This document shows, one piece after another, positions 14,045-31,822 of a stretch of 64,000 nucleotides of DNA (its first letter is position 1; the number at the start of each line of letters is the position of its first letter). This DNA is from the human T2T-CHM13v2.0 reference genome, Homo sapiens. A program made the translations under genes and the position numbers. The stretch is taken from the NCBI RefSeq assembly GCF_009914755.1, contig NC_060928.1; one strand, 5' to 3'. Under the pieces are notes generated by a model. That model saw only the letters and a list, made by a program, of their open reading frames with translations, had not been told where the DNA came from and did not search any database.

Positions 14045-14225
14045 CCAACGAAGCGCCTATCAGGTGCCAGACCACCAACTCATTGAATTAACATTCACTT
14101 CTCACAACAAATTTAGGAGTTTGATAATACTGTTATCATCAATTTATAGATGGGGAAGCTCACTTAGAGGTGAGCAAGTTGCCCATATTCTCACAACTCA
14201 TATTAATTCTTGTTGAATACTGATA
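14045..14225 (-). mobile_element. MIR SINE
   Basis: tttatagatggggaagct...agaggtgagcaagttgccca is the antisense MIR core. Confidence 0.65.
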
Positions 14226-14454
14226 ATTAAAGGTTTGTGTGTACATGAAAATGTTCTCACACAGTAGCTTTGATGTAGAAATAGAGCCAGCATTTAAGTA
14301 GATGAAGCCTAGCACCACAATGAAACCGAATAGGCTAGCTGTTGGCAAAAATGAGTCTGTATAGAAAAATAAATGTGTACAAAGGGAAAGAAAACTTTAA
14401 TTCAAAATATTCCAAAATTCTGTATCCTTCTGCAAATGTATAAAACAGAATAAT

Positions 14455-15569
<1,115 letters not shown>

Positions 15570-16607
15570 ACACTTAAAAAATTGGCAGCACCCATTTTTT
15601 GGTTCAAGAAGGCAGCTTCTTCAAAACAACACAAAAAGTTATGTTAAAAAAATCAAAAGCCTTAATAAACAGACACATAGTTTTACTAAAAATGCTCTAA
15701 ATTACTAACAATTGAAAATGTATTATTGTATTAAATTATGAATTTTAAGATAATTTCCAATCTGCCATTGCAATAATAGCATTTTTAATTTTTGCTACAG
15801 TTTAATATTATTCATAATACTGATATTTTGGTATGTTTCTCTCTGACATATTAAATACCACACATTTTATTTAAAATAAATCATGTTAATTGTTTCTAAG
15901 TTGATAAATGTTGATACTCTATTTTTAATAATTATTTCAAAAGATTATTATTGAACAATAAAATATTTAAAATTCTAAAAATATCAAAAGAAGAGTGGAT
16001 ATGGATGGCTCACCTTTAATTTTGTTTAATTCTGTATTAAAAATACTTATAGAATGCATTTATCACTTTTTAAATTAAAAAGTAGAAAAGGTCAACAAAT
16101 GGACCAGAAAGATTAATTGAACTTGGAAGGTAGAGTATTTTTTTTTTCTTAATCTTGGCAGTCTCAGGTTTAATGGTTATTTGGAAGCAAAGCTCAGACT
16201 GCAGTGGGTGGAGGAGTGATGGAGTGATAGGCAGTTGAGGAGTGAGAGCTGACTAGTGGAGGGATCCCTCAAAAAGATATGTTAGATGTGAAGAAGGGGA
16301 GAATCCAGGTAGCTCGATATAAATTTCCTAATAGATGAGATATTGGGCTTCTATAATTTGATCTATTTATTCTTATAGATTGTGAACATGAAGAAAAATA
16401 ACTTCATTTTAGAAACACGGTTTCCAAAGATAAGGAGCCTGTATGTATTTATGGGTGTGTATGTATTTGTGTATTTGTCACAAAGAGCATTTTTCTCAGA
16501 AGGAAGAAACTTTTCCTTTTGCTATGTCTAAGAAATGTGCTATTGTGGAAAAATAAGAATCAATGTGTTTTACTTAATATTTGTCACTCTATTTCCATAT
16601 ATCGGAT

Positions 16608-17182
16608 GTTTGGAGAAAAAAAAACTTTTTCTCTACCAACTTAGCTTCAGCCATTGGAAGCTCATGAAATAACGGACAAAAGATAAACAGAAGAAAAGAT
16701 AAAGTTTATTCATATATGGGAGGGTGCAGAAAGAAGTGGCTCCTAATAGAATTAGAATTAGGGGTTTATATATGGTTTTAAAAAGAAAGGTTAGGAATTG
16801 AACAGAGAGCAGGAAATTAACAAGAAACAAGTCGAGAAAATAAGTGGACATTATAGAAGGTTTTGTTTATATGATTTCTTATCCAGGTCAGAGTGGTCTA
16901 TTTCCTTCCTGGCTGTGAACCTCCCAGAGGGGGAATTTATGGTGGCTGTATTTTCTGGAAGCTTTGTTTAAATGAACAAAAGAAGTTCAGATAAGGGTTT
17001 CTCTCCACCTCTCCAGTTCATGTTGGTTCACATATTTTCAGTTTAAAATAATACCATATCTTTCAGCAAACCACTATGGCACATGTAGGCCTATGTAACA
17101 AACCTGCACATTCTGCACATGTATCCCAGATCTTATAGTAAAATAAAAACACCATATCTATGGGTCCAAATGAATCCCATCA
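16608..17182 (-). mobile_element. MER34-family ERV1 solo LTR
   Basis: ttcagtttaaaataat...catat...gaatcccatca resembles the antisense MER34 5' end; tttatt (antisense aataaa) at about 16706. Confidence 0.6.
17062..17150 (+). mobile_element. L1PA 3'-terminal stub (about 90 bp)
   Basis: cagcaaaccactatggcacatg...gtaacaaacctgcacattctgcacatgtatcccaga; TSD accatatct at 17053-17061 and 17151-17159. Confidence 0.88.
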
Positions 17183-17669
17183 CTAAGATGCTCAATTGTT
17201 TTTATATTTCAAATTTGTGCCTTTTTAATTTTTTGGCTTATGCAATATAATAAATATAAAATCATTCGTTTATAAAAAATAAGTATTTAATGGTTTCTTA
17301 TTTTATTTATAATAAACTCCATTCTCTTTTCTATCTATTTTAGCAGAATACAACCAATATTTAATGGCCTTTATTTCTACTTCTACCCTTTTCAAACAGT
17401 ATGTTCTAGTTACAAAAAGCAATTAGCAGTAACATGCCATTCATGTATTAACCTGTTATTTTAAATTATACTTTCTGTTACTATTCATCTTCCTCTCAAA
17501 TCCTTCTCAAGGAAAAGCTTATATGTGACAATCTGCAAGAAAAAAAAACCTACTGTTTTCAATGGTTATTTGATTAAAATATTTTTCAGCTGTGTTCAAA
17601 TTAAGGCTTGGCTTATATTTGCATTCATGTTTGTGGTTATAAGAAAGGCTATATAATCGGTGTACAAAT

Positions 17670-18170
17670 ATTAAAATCCTGGTTCCAGTTTAATAGTGTA
17701 AATTTTGGTAAGTAATTTTTCTTTTTTTTTTTTTTTTTTGAGACAGAGTCTAGCTCTGTCACCCAGGCTTGAGTGCAGTGGCCCAATCTTGGCTCACTGC
17801 AGCTGTCACCTCCCTGCTTCAAGCAATTCTCCCTGCCTCAACCTCCCAAGTAGCTAGGATTACAGGCACCCGCCACTATTACACCTGGCTAATTTTTGTA
17901 TTTTTAGTAGAGACGGGGTTTCGCCATGTTGGCCAGGCTGGTCTCAAGCTCCTGACCTCAAGTGATCCACCCACCTCAGCCTCCCAAAGTGCTGGGATTA
18001 CAGCCATGAACCACTGCGCCGGCCAGTTTTGATAAGTAATTTTAACTATAGTTGCTATGATTTCCTCATCTGTAAAATGATTCACAGAGTTGTTATGAGT
18101 ATTAAATAAAATAATTGATATAAAACTTTTTAAATAGTGCTTGGCAATGGTAAACATTTAATAAAAATTA
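17670..18170 (+). mobile_element. MIR SINE split by an Alu
   Basis: tttcctcatctgtaaaatg...gttgttatgagtattaaata. Confidence 0.7.
17720..18024 (-). mobile_element. Alu SINE (AluS)
   Basis: Antisense dimer; TSD ttttg(g/a)taagtaatttt on both sides. Confidence 0.93.
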
Positions 18171-18771
18171 GACATTTTAATTATATAATTTAAATTGTTA
18201 GCTCTTAAGGACTAACTAAATACCTCATTTTAGTTTCTTTTTATTAATCATCTAGCATATAAAGCCATATAAAGTAACCAGAATTTTTATGTTAATCATA
18301 ATCTAATAAACAGTTTATTGATACAAGAAATTTGCCAAATTGCTAACTTTGAAGAAGTATTGTAATTAGTGCACGTTTTTGAAAATCATAAGAATGTATA
18401 CAATTATATGTTCAAATTTTTATACATTTAGTATTAACAGTTTATAATTCTATGACTTTTTTAAAAGTTTTCTCAAAATTACTATAGAAATAATAAAAAA
18501 ATCAATACCCCAAAGTTTTAAAGTATGAACATGCTATAGTTGAAAGTGAAGAAATACATTCAAATGCAATTACATTTAGATTCTGCTTATTAACATAACC
18601 CCATGAGTTACAGCAGCACTGTAAGAAATGTGTGATAATGTTGATTGAGGGAAATCTTAAAGGTACGTTTTTCCTGTGGATAAAGTGTAAATTTTCAAAT
18701 CAAATTTATACTTTAAAAATATTCTCAACCATACAAATATAGTTAAACAATCTTTAAAAAAAGAAACAAAG

Positions 18772-20497
<1,726 letters not shown>

Positions 20498-20698
20498 AAG
20501 AAAATAGTTTTATACTAAATATATAGCTATATAGGTGTCTGTCTAAAACAATTTGAAAATAAATATTTTTCTAGTATTCAAAGATTGAAATATGTGCTTT
20601 ATTATAGAAAATTGAGAAATTAATTAAAAATTATTCTACTTCTTTGTTTTTCCTAGAACTTTTTGTAGTTTCCATATATATTTTAAAACAATAAAATA

Positions 20699-21142
<444 letters not shown>

Positions 21143-21330
21143 TTAATTATTTCCTAATAATTTTATATTAGATGAGGTTTGAGCTTAAAGGTTTGTTTTT
21201 CTTTTAATTTTTGGTAGCATCAAGAGTATCAGAATATTTGGATATAGAAACAACATTGAAAAAATTCAAAAAGTGGTAAATTATAGTTGAAATTTCCCTT
21301 TTGGTTCTGAAAGAATTAATGACTTAGTAC

Positions 21331-21765
21331 TGTTAAAACAAAAGCTTTGGGAAAATTAAAGTTAACAGATTGTAATTGAGAGAAAAAAAAAGATTCACAA
21401 ATTGGGCGGCTCTCAGAACTGGAACAGATTCAGAGAGACTCTGGAGATACTGCATGGTCAAAGAAGATTTATAAGCAGAGACAGGAAAGTGATATACAGA
21501 AAATTGAAGTGACGTACACAGACAGCCAGGTTGGTTGGAGCTGAGCATTTTTCTTATTTGAACACAATTTGAACAGTTGGTCACCTATGAGTGGTTGAAC
21601 TATGGCTTGTGTGATTGGCTGTGACTCACCTATTCTTATAGAAGCATTTTCCTAAGTTAGGTTTTCAATTTGCTTACCTACTAGGTAAGGTTGCAGTTCA
21701 TAAGCAAGAACTTAAGTATGCAAGTATGGATGTTTTCTCAGGCCTAATTTTAGTTTGACTTAACA
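21331..21765 (-). mobile_element. 3' LTR (MER57 family)
   Basis: tgttaa...ttaaca termini; homologous to 29542-29963; ttatttgaacacaatttgaacagttgg MER57 motif. Confidence 0.88.
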
Positions 21766-21780
21766 ATTCCCCTCTTTTGG
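21766..21780 (-). other. Polypurine tract of provirus
   Basis: Reverse complement ccaaaagaggggaat directly abuts the 3' LTR. Confidence 0.85.
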
Positions 21781-22199
21781 TCAGCCTCTTAATTTTGAGA
21801 GATTCATCAAAACTTTAGACATTTACACTACTCTCTGTCACCATCTTAAATGACTTATTTGGTATCAGCATGGAGTTCAGAAGTCTGTGGTCTTAGTACA
21901 GAACTTAAAAGTCATGGCTTCACACCACTTGAAGAATTCCTTATGTTTTTACTGACCTATTTGAAATGAGACAATTCAACACTTAACACTTAAAGCTCAA
22001 CAGGATACTTACACCAGGGAAACTATGATTGACTATGATGGCTATCCAGAAGATATCAAATGACCAAAATATACTCCATAACAACAGTTCTTATGAAACA
22101 AACCAAATGAAATCAAAGAAGTCAACATTCAGGCAATATAGACAATTAAACATCATTTGAGCCTAATTGGTCATAGTCCTTGTTCAGGGTGTAATGGCA

Positions 22200-23640
22200 G
22201 TTAAGGACTATAGTTTACTGTAAAATTACCTGACCTAAAGAGGTGTTCATTTTTGTAGTTAGCCTCATAACACAAATTATAAAAACCTGGAGAAATATAA
22301 AAATTAGGAAATCCTTGGAAAACCCAAGATTGCTATTCACCATTTAGGATACCTGAAAAATAAGTGGCAAGGTTCTCCTATAAACACATCATGTGTTCCT
22401 TTCTCTTGAGAGATTTCCTTAATGTCTTTGGGGGCAGTGTCTAAGAAAATAGCAGCATCAGCCATCTTTTCAATTAAGATTTTTGCAGTAAGAAAATTGT
22501 GGGAAATAAATGTACAGTATCCAGTTTTGTTCAATACAAAACACAAGCCCCCAACTTAAGCAAAAATGAGATCTAAAGTTGCATGATGGTCCATCAAGAG
22601 TTTTTGTTGAATGTGTATGTTATTATACACCTTTTGAAGAGACGCTTCTACTTGTCTGAAGACCTGGTAGGTCTGATTGGTTACAAAATCCAAGATTTTC
22701 CCCCAATTTACAGATTAACTTTAAACCCCATACAATCAGTATCCCATTACCACCAAGAGTGGGTCTCCAGAAACTCCACTAGAAACTTTCCTCAGTGGAA
22801 ATAGCTTATCTATGTCTACTTCAAATTTGGTGTTAATTTTGGTTATTAACTGTTTTGGCCTTTGATCATAGATGCTATTACGAAAAATTTCAAGGAAAGC
22901 TATTTAAAAGCAGCAATAAGCAAGACCAAATAGAAATATCTGCACCAGCAAGGAGACAGAACAAAATAAGCACATTCTCTGTAAACCTAATATAGGCCTT
23001 TAGGGGTTAAAAAAAAGGTCCATCTAGTTGCATTTGAGCAGGGGTCAGTTAAATTTGTTCATCCATAAATTTTTATAGCTCTTGAAGAAGGTCCTTGGGA
23101 AATTTACTTTTTTGTGTCCCCCTTAAAGCAAGCTGTAAGAGTATATAACCACATTTGTTAAAAAAAAAAAAAGAATGAATTTAATACAGTGACATTGTAC
23201 AAGAAATTTGTGCTCCCATAGGTCATCCCCAGGTCTTGAGTTTATGATGCCTAAAAACACATATGCCTTTTGTAGGATTCATTCAGAAAGGTTTTTCTAT
23301 TTTGATGACAATTAGGCTGTTAATTGGAAAAGTTAGAGTATTCAAGTGAGTGACAGGAAGCAAGTAGCAGTGATATTTAGAATATAAAGTATAACATTCC
23401 ACTCTTCCTTTGGAGATTCAGAGTGACTCTCATTGGGAATGTGAATAGGCCCTGATATCAATAAAATTGTTTTCTAATTTTCGGGCATTAGCCCAGACAA
23501 CAATTACTATGGTTTATGCTAAGAAATAAACTTGAGCAAAAGCCATCCACTTAACATGGTCCCATGGAATGTACTTTAGTGTAAAAGAAAGCATTAGGAC
23601 AGCAGGAAATGAGGACAAAAGGGGAAAAAAAAGGCATAGG
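22200..23640 (-). pseudogene. env: ERV env remnant (gamma-type SU-TM)
   Basis: Hydrophobic leader (ORF 23514-23705), degenerate SNC-x-x-C site about 23490, RPKQ at 22850-22861, LMDHHATLDLIFA*VGGLCFVLNKTGYC, and a hydrophobic anchor at about 22265-22320; stops and frameshifts. Confidence 0.8.
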
Positions 23641-23719
23641 CTTTTTTTTTTTTTTTTTGGTGGCAGAGAAGTCTTCATTTGTGATTTTGGGAAAGCTGAC
23701 CACATCTAGGATACTGTAT

Positions 23720-26700
23720 GCTTCTGGGGAGAAATTTCTCTGGTCAGCTTTACCTTAAAGTCTCCAATAGGTATAAAGTTCTAAGACTCTTTAAAGATTA
23801 TTTTTAACTATGAGATATGAGCTCAAGGTTTGAAGCCCTGAAGCTTTACTGCAGTGTGAGTGGTGAGAAAAGTTTGGTATGGTCCCTTCCAACAGGGTCC
23901 AAGGGCAATCTTTCTCTCACATCATTTTCAGAAGACCCAATCTCCAGATTCTATATCATGAACAGTTTTCTTATCATCATTTGGTGGATCACAAAAAGCT
24001 TCCTTTACCTGGTGAAAGTATATTTTGGTATAACAATTTAGTGTCTTGTAGTATTTAGTCATATCAGTTTAGGAGAACAGGGGATGCATGAGTTTCTTTT
24101 ATTAGGGTAATAGGTCTTCCCATGACTTTCTTGAATTCTTGAGTGTGTAAGGTCTTAAGTGCCAACTGATTGCCATTAAAACCAGCAGCAGAACCTTTGG
24201 CCAAGGCAACCCAATTGATTCAGTGAACTTTGCCAGTTTCAGTTTTAAGATGCCATTTTTTTTCCTTTCAACCCTTTCAGAAGACTGAAGGTTATAGGGA
24301 CAATGGTGGCACCATTGCATCCATAACACCTTATTTAACTGCTGTATAATTTTACTAGTAAAATGAGTTTTCTTATCACTGAGCATTTCTCCAGGAATGA
24401 CAAATGATGGAAATATATTTTCTAATCATTTCTTAACTACTGTCACAGCATTGACTTTCTTGCATGGGAAAGTGTCTACCTAACCAGAAAACATACAGAC
24501 TATTACAAGAACACACTGATATCCCATTGAGCGTGGCAACTGAATGAAGTCCATCTGTAAATGTAATATCACACGAATGACAAATGGTCCATCAGGTGGC
24601 AGAAATACACCACTTAAAGTTTTTATTCTTTCCTAGGATTATGAGTTTGATAAACCATACATCGATTATGAACTCTTAGAAATTTTGGAACAGTCACCCC
24701 ATTAGTAGTTTTTTATAATTTGCATTATTTTCTGTTTCATGATGAGTTTGGAGTACAAAGCTTTTGACAATGGAAGCTTAAAAAACTCAGGGAGGACCAG
24801 GACACCATTTGAGACTTTGAGTCCACACTTAATTTACACTCTTTTAGATAATGTTGCTTTTCTAAATCAGGTGCATTGTACTGTTTATTAAATAGGTCAT
24901 CATAAGGGTGTTGACTTGAACAAATGTTATGGAGTTCATTTAGGTTGTATATCCTAACCATTTCTGCAGTAGCTGATTTAGCAGAAAAATCTACTAAAGC
25001 ATTCCCTTAATAGCCAGGTTTAGTTCTACAGGTATGACAGTCAATCTTAATAATGCCAATCTGTGATGGTAACAGGATTGCACAGAGAAGTTCATCAGCT
25101 TGGAGTCCAATTTTGATGAGGGACGCACTGGAAATGAGAATTCTTTGTTTCCATAGCATGCCAGAGTTGTGTACTCCTGCAAAAGCATATCTACTATCAG
25201 TATAAAATATTTTATTTGTCCTTTGCTGCATAACAAGCTCAGGTGAGAGCAAAAAGGTCCATGGGTTGAGCTGACTTATATTGAGGAAGAGTTCCCTTTT
25301 CTATTAACTCATTTTAGGTGGTAAAAGCGTACCCTGCCTGACATTTTCCTTTTGAGATTTTAGCACAGGACCCATCAAGAAAATGTAGTGACTCAGGATT
25401 ACCCAATAGAATATCTTGTAAGTCAACATGAGGGGTCACTATTTCTGACATTACATTTACACAATTGTGGTTTTCACTATCATTAGGCAGAGGTAATAGA
25501 ATAGTAGTTAAGTAGATTGCAGTATTTTAGATAGAGATTAGAAGAAGACAGGAGAAACATTTTGTAAGATCTTGCTGAAAAAATGCTGAGTTTCATTGGA
25601 ATTTAATAGACTTTCCACAGCATGTGGGACTTGCAAATCAAGTTCATTTCCTAAAACCTGCTCAGATGAAGATTCTACCAACTTTGCTGCTGCTACTGCT
25701 TTTAAATTATTGGGATTATGCCTCAGCTACACGGTCTAGCTGAAGTCTAAAATATGTAATGGCCCTGTTTTTCTCCATATTCTTGCATAAGAACTCCTAA
25801 TGCCTGATTGTTACATTCATAAATGAATAAAATAAAAGGTTTAGTATAATTTGCTAGTCTTAAAGCTAGGGGCTATTGTAAGACCAATTACGTTTGGTTA
25901 AAAACCTGCTCATGACTGTCTTCTTAAGGTAATGGCTCTGGTACAGCATTTCTAGTGGGTTCATACAATGATGAGGTCATTTAGGACAATTTTGGAACCT
26001 ATGATCTGTAATATCCAGTAAGTCCAAGAGAACCTCTTGTTTTTTGGTTGCAGGCTGAGAAATGCTTTAAACAGTTTTTATTCTCTTAGGCGAAAGTGAA
26101 ATACCTTCAGCAGTCAAGTCATGTCTCAATTAGTGGACCTTCTTCTTGAAAACTGAAGTTTTTCTATTGAAGCTTTGTGACCCTTATGTGTGAGTTGCTG
26201 TAAAAGGCAAATGGAGTCAATTTCTGAGTCTTCTTTAGTGGGGGAGCATAACAACAGGTGATCTACATACTGAATAAGAATAGAATTTCAAGAAAACAGT
26301 GGGGCTATTAAGTACTGATGCAATGCCTGAGAAAAATGCAAAGTGGCTTCAGTACACCCCTGTGGCACTACAGTCCAGGTGTGCTGCTGATTTTTCCAAG
26401 TAAAAGCAAACAAGCATTGACTCTGTTTATGAACTGGAATGCTAAGAAGACTTAGCAGAGGTTATTACCATGAACCACTTCGAATCAGTGGATCCATTAG
26501 GTAATAATATATTAGGATTTGGACTACAGGAAACTTTGGTATTACAATTTTATTAATTGTAATTGCCTGTCCATCTTAAAGGAATCTCCAACGTCGACCA
26601 TTTGGTTTTTCAACTGGTAGGATTGAAGTGTTACAAGGATTGCTTCGTGGAATTTTAAGTCCTTATTTAATTAAATCTTCTACATTTGGTGACAGCCTTT

Positions 26701-27290
26701 GAATTGCTTTAGATTTCGTAAATATTAGGTTAACTTAGACAAATGTTTAGAATAATCTATTACGAATTGTATAGGTTCCACACTATTAATTATTTCTGTA
26801 TCAGTTGAGGAAGAAGCCCATAAACATTCAGGTACTTTAGAAGGGTCAGGGGTATTACAGGCTGAGTTTTGGCGATGCCCATTTCTGCCTGTAGAGAGCA
26901 TAACAGTTCCGGTTCAGGAAAATCAGAAAACTCTAAGATTATTTTTCCTTCTGAGGAGAATTTTATATGCCCTTTCAGGCTTGAAAGTCAGTCTTACACT
27001 AGCAAGTTTACTAGAGCAGTATAACATAATAAAAAGAGGTGTTTTCTTGGAAATGGCCCCAAAGTCAATTAGACTGGCTGAGATATAGGAAACTCTTGAA
27101 TTTAATTCAAAACTCTCACCACAGAAATGACCTTTTTACTCTAAGGGATTTGTTGGTTTATTAAAGTGGAGTTCATGGTAAACAAAGTGGCTTGGTATCT
27201 AATATGATTGTACAGGATACCTCATTTATTTTAATCTTTGTTTTGTTATGTTTAGTTAAGGATACTCTGTGGACCAATTTACTGACAAAA
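23720..27290 (-). pseudogene. pol: ERV pro-pol remnant
   Basis: Protease ILDT about 27200; RT LFAFTWKNQQHTWTVVPQG and LIQYVDHLLLC (26258-26269); RNase H YTDSRYAF; integrase HHCPYNLQSSERVERKKNGILKLKL. Confidence 0.92.
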
Positions 27291-27304
27291 CCCTCCAATC
27301 CTCA

Positions 27305-29075
<1,771 letters not shown>

Positions 29076-29094
29076 TATCAAAATGGTACCATAT

Positions 29095-29257
29095 CAGACA
29101 GGGTGGTACATGACTGGAGTCCCAGCTTCTTGGGAGGCTTGAGACAAGAGAGTTTCTGGACCCCAGGAGTTTGAGGCAGTAGTACAATATAATTACACTT
29201 ATGACTAGTCATTGCACTTCAGTCTGGGCAACAGAGCAAGATCCCATACCCAAAAAA
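29095..29257 (+). mobile_element. FAM-like Alu monomer in the proviral leader
   Basis: Single arm containing cttatgactagtcattgcac, equivalent to the FAM cctgtgaatagccactgcac segment absent from most dimeric Alus. Confidence 0.65.
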
Positions 29258-29518
29258 GAGTATTTATCCAAGGTCTGAGCCCTCTAACTTAATTCAATGA
29301 AGTTCATTACAGCATCCAGTGTGATCCTGGACCTAGTCTAGTATAAATATTGCTAAAATAAACTCAGAGAGCTGAGAACAGAAGAGTAAAGCTCTGAATC
29401 TGAGAGAAAATTCACCCAAGACCTCCAGTTACAAGCAAGAGAGGCATAAGCACACTGTCGCCATGGGTATCTTGCCTGGCTGCCTGGTGATCTGGGGATC
29501 ACTGGAGTTTTACTTCTG

Positions 29519-29537
29519 ATCCTTACTTCAGACACCA
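29519..29537 (-). other. Primer binding site, tRNA-Leu type
   Basis: Reverse complement TGGTGTCTGAAGTAAGGAT versus TGGTGTCAGAAGTGGGAT (complement of the tRNA-Leu(CAA) 3' end), 4 nt from the 5' LTR. Confidence 0.8.
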
Positions 29538-29541
29538 GATC

Positions 29542-29963
29542 TGTTAAAGTAAAACTTTAGACAAATGAAACTCAACAGAGTTTGAGAAAAAAAGATGAAC
29601 AAATCAGGCAGCCCTCAGACTCAGAACAGATTTAGAGAGACTCTAGGGGTGCTGCATGGACAGACATTTATGAACCGAAAAAAGAAAGTGATGTACAAAA
29701 AGTGGAAGTGAGGTGCAGAGACAGCTGGGTATGTTACAGCTAAGCATTTCCTTATTCGAACATGGTTTGAACAGCTGGTTGCCTTTGAGTGGTTGAAGTG
29801 TGGCTGCTGTGATTGGCTGAGGCTCAACTATTGCTGCAAAAGCATACTCCTAAGTTAGAATTTTTGTTTGTTAACCTGCTAAGTAAGATTGTAGTTCATA
29901 AGTAAGAACTCGAGTATGAGAGTACAAAGTCTTTCTCAGGCCAGATTATAGTATGATTTAACA
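29542..29963 (-). mobile_element. 5' LTR (MER57 family)
   Basis: tgttaa...ttaaca termini; colinear with 21331-21765. Confidence 0.88.
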
Positions 29964-31389
29964 TTACTAATGAAAAAACTACAAATCCACACAGAACCTA
30001 TATAATGTCTTTCTGACCAATTTTTAATATATAGAAGAAGAAATGATATTAAGATGTGCAGAAAAGTTATGGAAGTGTTTGGAAAATGCTTAAAAAATTG
30101 GGGCTGTCATTCTTACATTAAATTCTAGAAGATAATTAATTGTTTTGTTTGTTTTACTATTTACAAATCTAGGAAATAATAGCTAAATTATTTCTTGCTA
30201 CTTTTTTCTAAAATGTACTCAGGTTTAGCCTGTAGAGATAAGGAGTGGATTATAATAATAGAATGTAATTGTAACCTTATGTCATTTGTACTTTAACAAC
30301 AGCTTTCAATTTTTATTTTTTCCAGGAAAAGTTGCTCTTTGAGGAGATTTGAAAGGACTTTTTAAAAATTCTATTAAAATAATATTGAAAATGGAACTTT
30401 TAACAAGACAAAATAAAACTTCATTAACAAATGAAATCTTAGATTGAGCACATACAGCTGGATAGCTTAGCAGCTTCCAAATAATAAATCATGTAAAAAT
30501 ATAAAAAACATTTCATTTTACAAAATGAAAGATTATATGTTAGATTTCATGCTTCATATATATGGACTGAATTTCTATATTCAATCATCTCAAATAAATT
30601 GTGCTTTTAGAACATATCTTAAAGCAGATAAGCTAAAATGGGGGTTATTTTTACTCTCAAAAAGTAGCACAAAGCTTACAGTATTTTAGAAATCTTTTGG
30701 TTAATTTTCTTAAAAATTAAATAAAATATAATGACTAGATACCGAAAAGCTCTCCAGAGGTGGATATACCCATTTGCTAAAGATTTCCTTGAAAGTGATT
30801 AATGCTTAGACAAAAAACACGACAGAATTTTTCAAAGTCATAAAAGTTTTGATCATTGAGTATCCCAGTGATAGTAATTATCACCAGACACAAAGGCATG
30901 CAGAAGTGCAACCATTTATGAAAGTTTTTATTAATATTTATATTCATAAATTGAGGTGATTTAGAAGTATCCTGAAGTTTTTGAAAGTATACAAGATAGT
31001 TATTTATTTGTGTATTTGTTTTTATTTTATGTATATAAATTTTCTTCACCATTATGCAATAAATCCATGTAACAAAATTATGCAAGCATCATATAATTTC
31101 CACTTTTTTTACTTTCCCACACTTCCACCTTTTTCATTTAATAGTGTGGTTATTTTCAAGCATTTAAGATATTGATATTATTGAAGAAGTTTGGAATATA
31201 ATGCTCTCAGTAAAAAAATCTGTTCAAATAAACAGCAAGAGTCAGGTTTTTCATTCCAAGGTAGGGAAAAAAAATAAGTTACAGTTAAAGGCATATGTTG
31301 TAGAATAATTTCCATTAGTTTCTAGAAGAGGGAAGATGTAGAATAAAAATACACAGCTGTTACATTTATTTAAGATGATTACTATGCCT

Positions 31390-31822
31390 TTTTCTTTTTT
31401 TTTTTTTTTCTTTGAGACAGGGGTCTCCTTCAGTTGTTCAGGCAGAGCAGTTCATTTAAACCTCCGCCTACAGGGCCCAAACCATCCTCCCACCTCAGCC
31501 TCCTGAGTAGCTGGGACCACAGGCATGCACCACCATGCCTGGTTAATTTTTGTATTTTTTGTAGAGATGGACGTTTCTCCATGTTTCCTAGGCTGGTCTT
31601 GAACTTGTGAGCTCAAGCTATCCTCTGGCCTTGGCCTCCCAAATTCTGATCAGGTCGTGGCCACTAGTTTTGTTTATCAGTGATCACCTCATTACTAAAC
31701 CCAACAAGCATTTCTCAATTTCCATCTTGCTTAACATCTCAACACTCTATTTCTTAGAGATACTTCTTTCTCCTATTACATAACCATGAAGACCACCATG
31801 ATGGATTTCAGGTGTGAGCCTG
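31390..31822 (-). mobile_element. AluJ interrupted by a 164-bp local templated insert
   Basis: Alu runs to ggcctcccaaattctg and resumes ggatttcaggtgtgagcc; TSD ctat(g/a)ccttttt at 31382 and 31825. Confidence 0.9.
31644..31807 (+). repeat. Direct dispersed copy of 32964-33131
   Basis: About 90% identical by manual alignment (about 14 substitutions and 2 indels). Confidence 0.95.

Noticed and set aside
24102-25252. Integrase and RNase H ORFs as functional proteins
   Set aside because: Short fragments of a pol riddled with stops and frameshifts; the RT catalytic motif is mutated
29519-29537. tRNA-like sequence
   Set aside because: Only the 18-19-nt PBS of the provirus; no tRNA cloverleaf
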